Positions 62,201 through 64,000 of a stretch of DNA of 64,000 bases are shown piece by piece. A program made the position numbers and the translations under genes. The notes under the pieces are model-generated. The model was not told where the DNA came from and made no database searches. It worked only from the letters and a program-made list of their open reading frames with translations. Origin of the DNA: Lepidodermella squamata (Eukaryota; Animalia; Gastrotricha); contig JBLDXI010000028.1 in assembly GCA_047495785.1 (NCBI GenBank), positions 930,001 to 994,000 on the forward strand, written 5' to 3'. How positions within the stretch are numbered: the stretch's first letter is position 1; each line of letters opens with the position of its first letter.

Positions 62201-64000
62201 CGTCTAAAAATGTGTACATTGCTCTCATTGATTTTTCAGTAAAATAATGACTGCCTACATTTCCGCGTTTACTTTTTATTTTACCTGTCATTCCGATTCG
62301 TCCATTCTATTTTATATGTTTCATAGTGGATTAGCATTTCCATAATTTCCTCAGGCCATAAGATCAGGAATCGACTAAATTTTAAACATTTCCCTCTTAA
62401 CTACCGTACTGCCCGGAACAAAAACCATGACATTTGTTTTTTTCAAACGCTGATGAACCCCTGACATTTATTTATTTTAGTAACTTGCCTGGGTACCAAA
62501 ATGGCATATATTTTCCTGAGATTCTAAGTATTTTGACCCAAAAAATTGGTCGCTGACCTTTCTATAAGCCAAGAGTAGAAATTATCTCCATTCAGAATGG
62601 CTATAATGACCTCATTAGTGATCTTCAGTATAGTCCCTGCAATTGACCTGACATTTATTTCGGGCCTGACATTTATTATTTCGAACGACCTCTAACCTCT
62701 GACATTTATTTGAGGCTGGCTTTTTTTTTCGGGCAGTACGGTATACTCTCTTCAGTAGCATTACTTACAAGGCACCCTTTATTGTGTGTACATTGCTGAT
62801 ATCATCATGAAATGTTATAATCCCGATTCCTCATTCCCACTATCAGATACAAGCTACGAGATTTAGTTATTTGAACAAATAAACTGAGAAATCGGTGTTT
62901 TAAACTGAGAAATGGGCACACCGGAAATCTAGTGACATTTCAGTCCCATCAACTGAATAGACCACGCAGTAGGTAATCTCTGCTTTGCATTCAAGGTGCA
63001 TACTCGCATTTTAAAAGCCTAATCGGATTATAATTGTTGGGGCTTACCGGTGTGGCCGAGCCTTTCGATTGGCTCCACAACTGCAGTTTGACTTCGTGTT
63101 TACCGAGCACGGACGCGATGCGGTCAGCGCGTGACGCGAATTCGACGACGAAGCGGCTGAACGAGAGCGGCACGGGCACGCCGGCGGTAATCAGCTCAAC
63201 CGGCGGCTGAGTCGTAAGTGACGTCGGCTCGCCTTCCGCTGTCAGGAACAGCCCGCACGAGCAGCACAGGGTGACACTTGACAGCGCTTGCGCGCCCTCG
63301 GCTAGCGTAACTGACCCGAGTTCAACTGCGAGTTCAAAGTGCGACAGGTTCGACTGCTTACGCAGCGCTTGAGCAATAGGCGCGGCGGGCGAAGGACTTT
63401 TCACATTACTATAATTGCTACAGAAAAAAAATTAAATAAAAAAATCGAAGATTCAAATCGAAAATTATTTACCTGTTATTCAAATCACTCTTTTGCGTCT
63501 CCATCTGAGCAGGTGTTTTCCTCATTACCGGTGATGCCGAGGCACTACCCGACGTAAGCGGTGCGTCGAGTTTAAACGAAATTGTCAGACCAACAACAGG
63601 CTGCAGATCATTAGGCAGATGAGACAATTTGGTCTGAGTGTCCTTGGGCGGATTTAAGCGGTAGAGTCTGTCGACAACAACCGGCCTTGTTTCCAGCTCG
63701 TGAATATTTGATGGCAATATATCGGTCAGGCATAGTTGCGCTGTTCCTATAGGAACGGCGAGGTCGACACAATACAGGCCAACTTGAAACGGAGGTTGTT
63801 TGTTGAAGTAATGGCGTATTGCTTCCAGGCTGCTTCGAACGCGCACCGAAGTGCGCTCCGGAAGAAAATTAGCTTCTTGAATGTTACTGAAATGCTCCGT
63901 TGCAATATTACAACCGAAAAGGTTATATAAAAAGAAGAATCGTCGACCGGGAGCTAAGAAGTCTGTAACTTGGTCTGGAGGCATAAGAGATAGCAGATGC
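59284..64000 (-). CDS. CEP120: Centrosomal protein 120, 3' part; exons ..-63473, 63417-63048, 61738-61326, 61272-60892, 59974-59284
   Basis: FFFLYNLFGCNIATEHF..FLPERTSVRVRSS (C2B); AAIELELWK..QE; LAEEW-like [62 protein letters not shown]. Confidence 0.93.
62404..62741. mobile_element. 338-bp MITE (Tc1/mariner-pogo/Tc2 type) in a CEP120 intron
   Basis: Perfect 12-bp terminal inverted repeat CCGTACTGCCCG / CGGGCAGTACGG, extending imperfectly, flanked by a TA target-site duplication (62402-03, 62742-43). Five internal TGACATTT direct repeats. Confidence 0.85.

Noticed and set aside
1-64000. tRNA, rRNA, CRISPR arrays, prokaryotic operons or defence systems
   Set aside because: None was recognisable; the window is spliceosomal-intron-containing animal DNA.

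Overview
Genomic DNA from a gene-dense metazoan with GT-AG spliceosomal introns, many only 45-60 nt long, and TTTTCAG/TTTTAG acceptors. It retains centriole/gamma-TuRC genes (CEP120, TUBGCP6). I reconstructed 16 protein-coding genes by hand from splice signals. In order they are: two intronless SLC46-like MFS transporters flanking a degenerate ZDHHC23-like gene; CCDC12; TUBGCP6; an uncharacterised multi-exon gene; a tandem pair of secreted CTLD-CTLD-mucin-Cys-repeat-vWA genes; a very long Scribble; a tandem pair of minimal GLD-2/TENT-type nucleotidyltransferases, the second carrying a Penelope-like remnant in an intron; a small TM orphan; ACSBG; an ankyrin protein with a mitochondrial-type leader; a tiny C2H2 protein; and the 3' part of CEP120, which has an intronic MITE. 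The best leads are the minimal tailing-enzyme pair, the DHHC pseudo-enzyme, the lectin-mucin-vWA pair, a highly structured ~170-nt candidate ncRNA upstream of CCDC12, possible operon/trans-splicing organisation, and an Skd3-like ankyrin-only protein. No searches were run, so all homology calls rest on recognised motifs.
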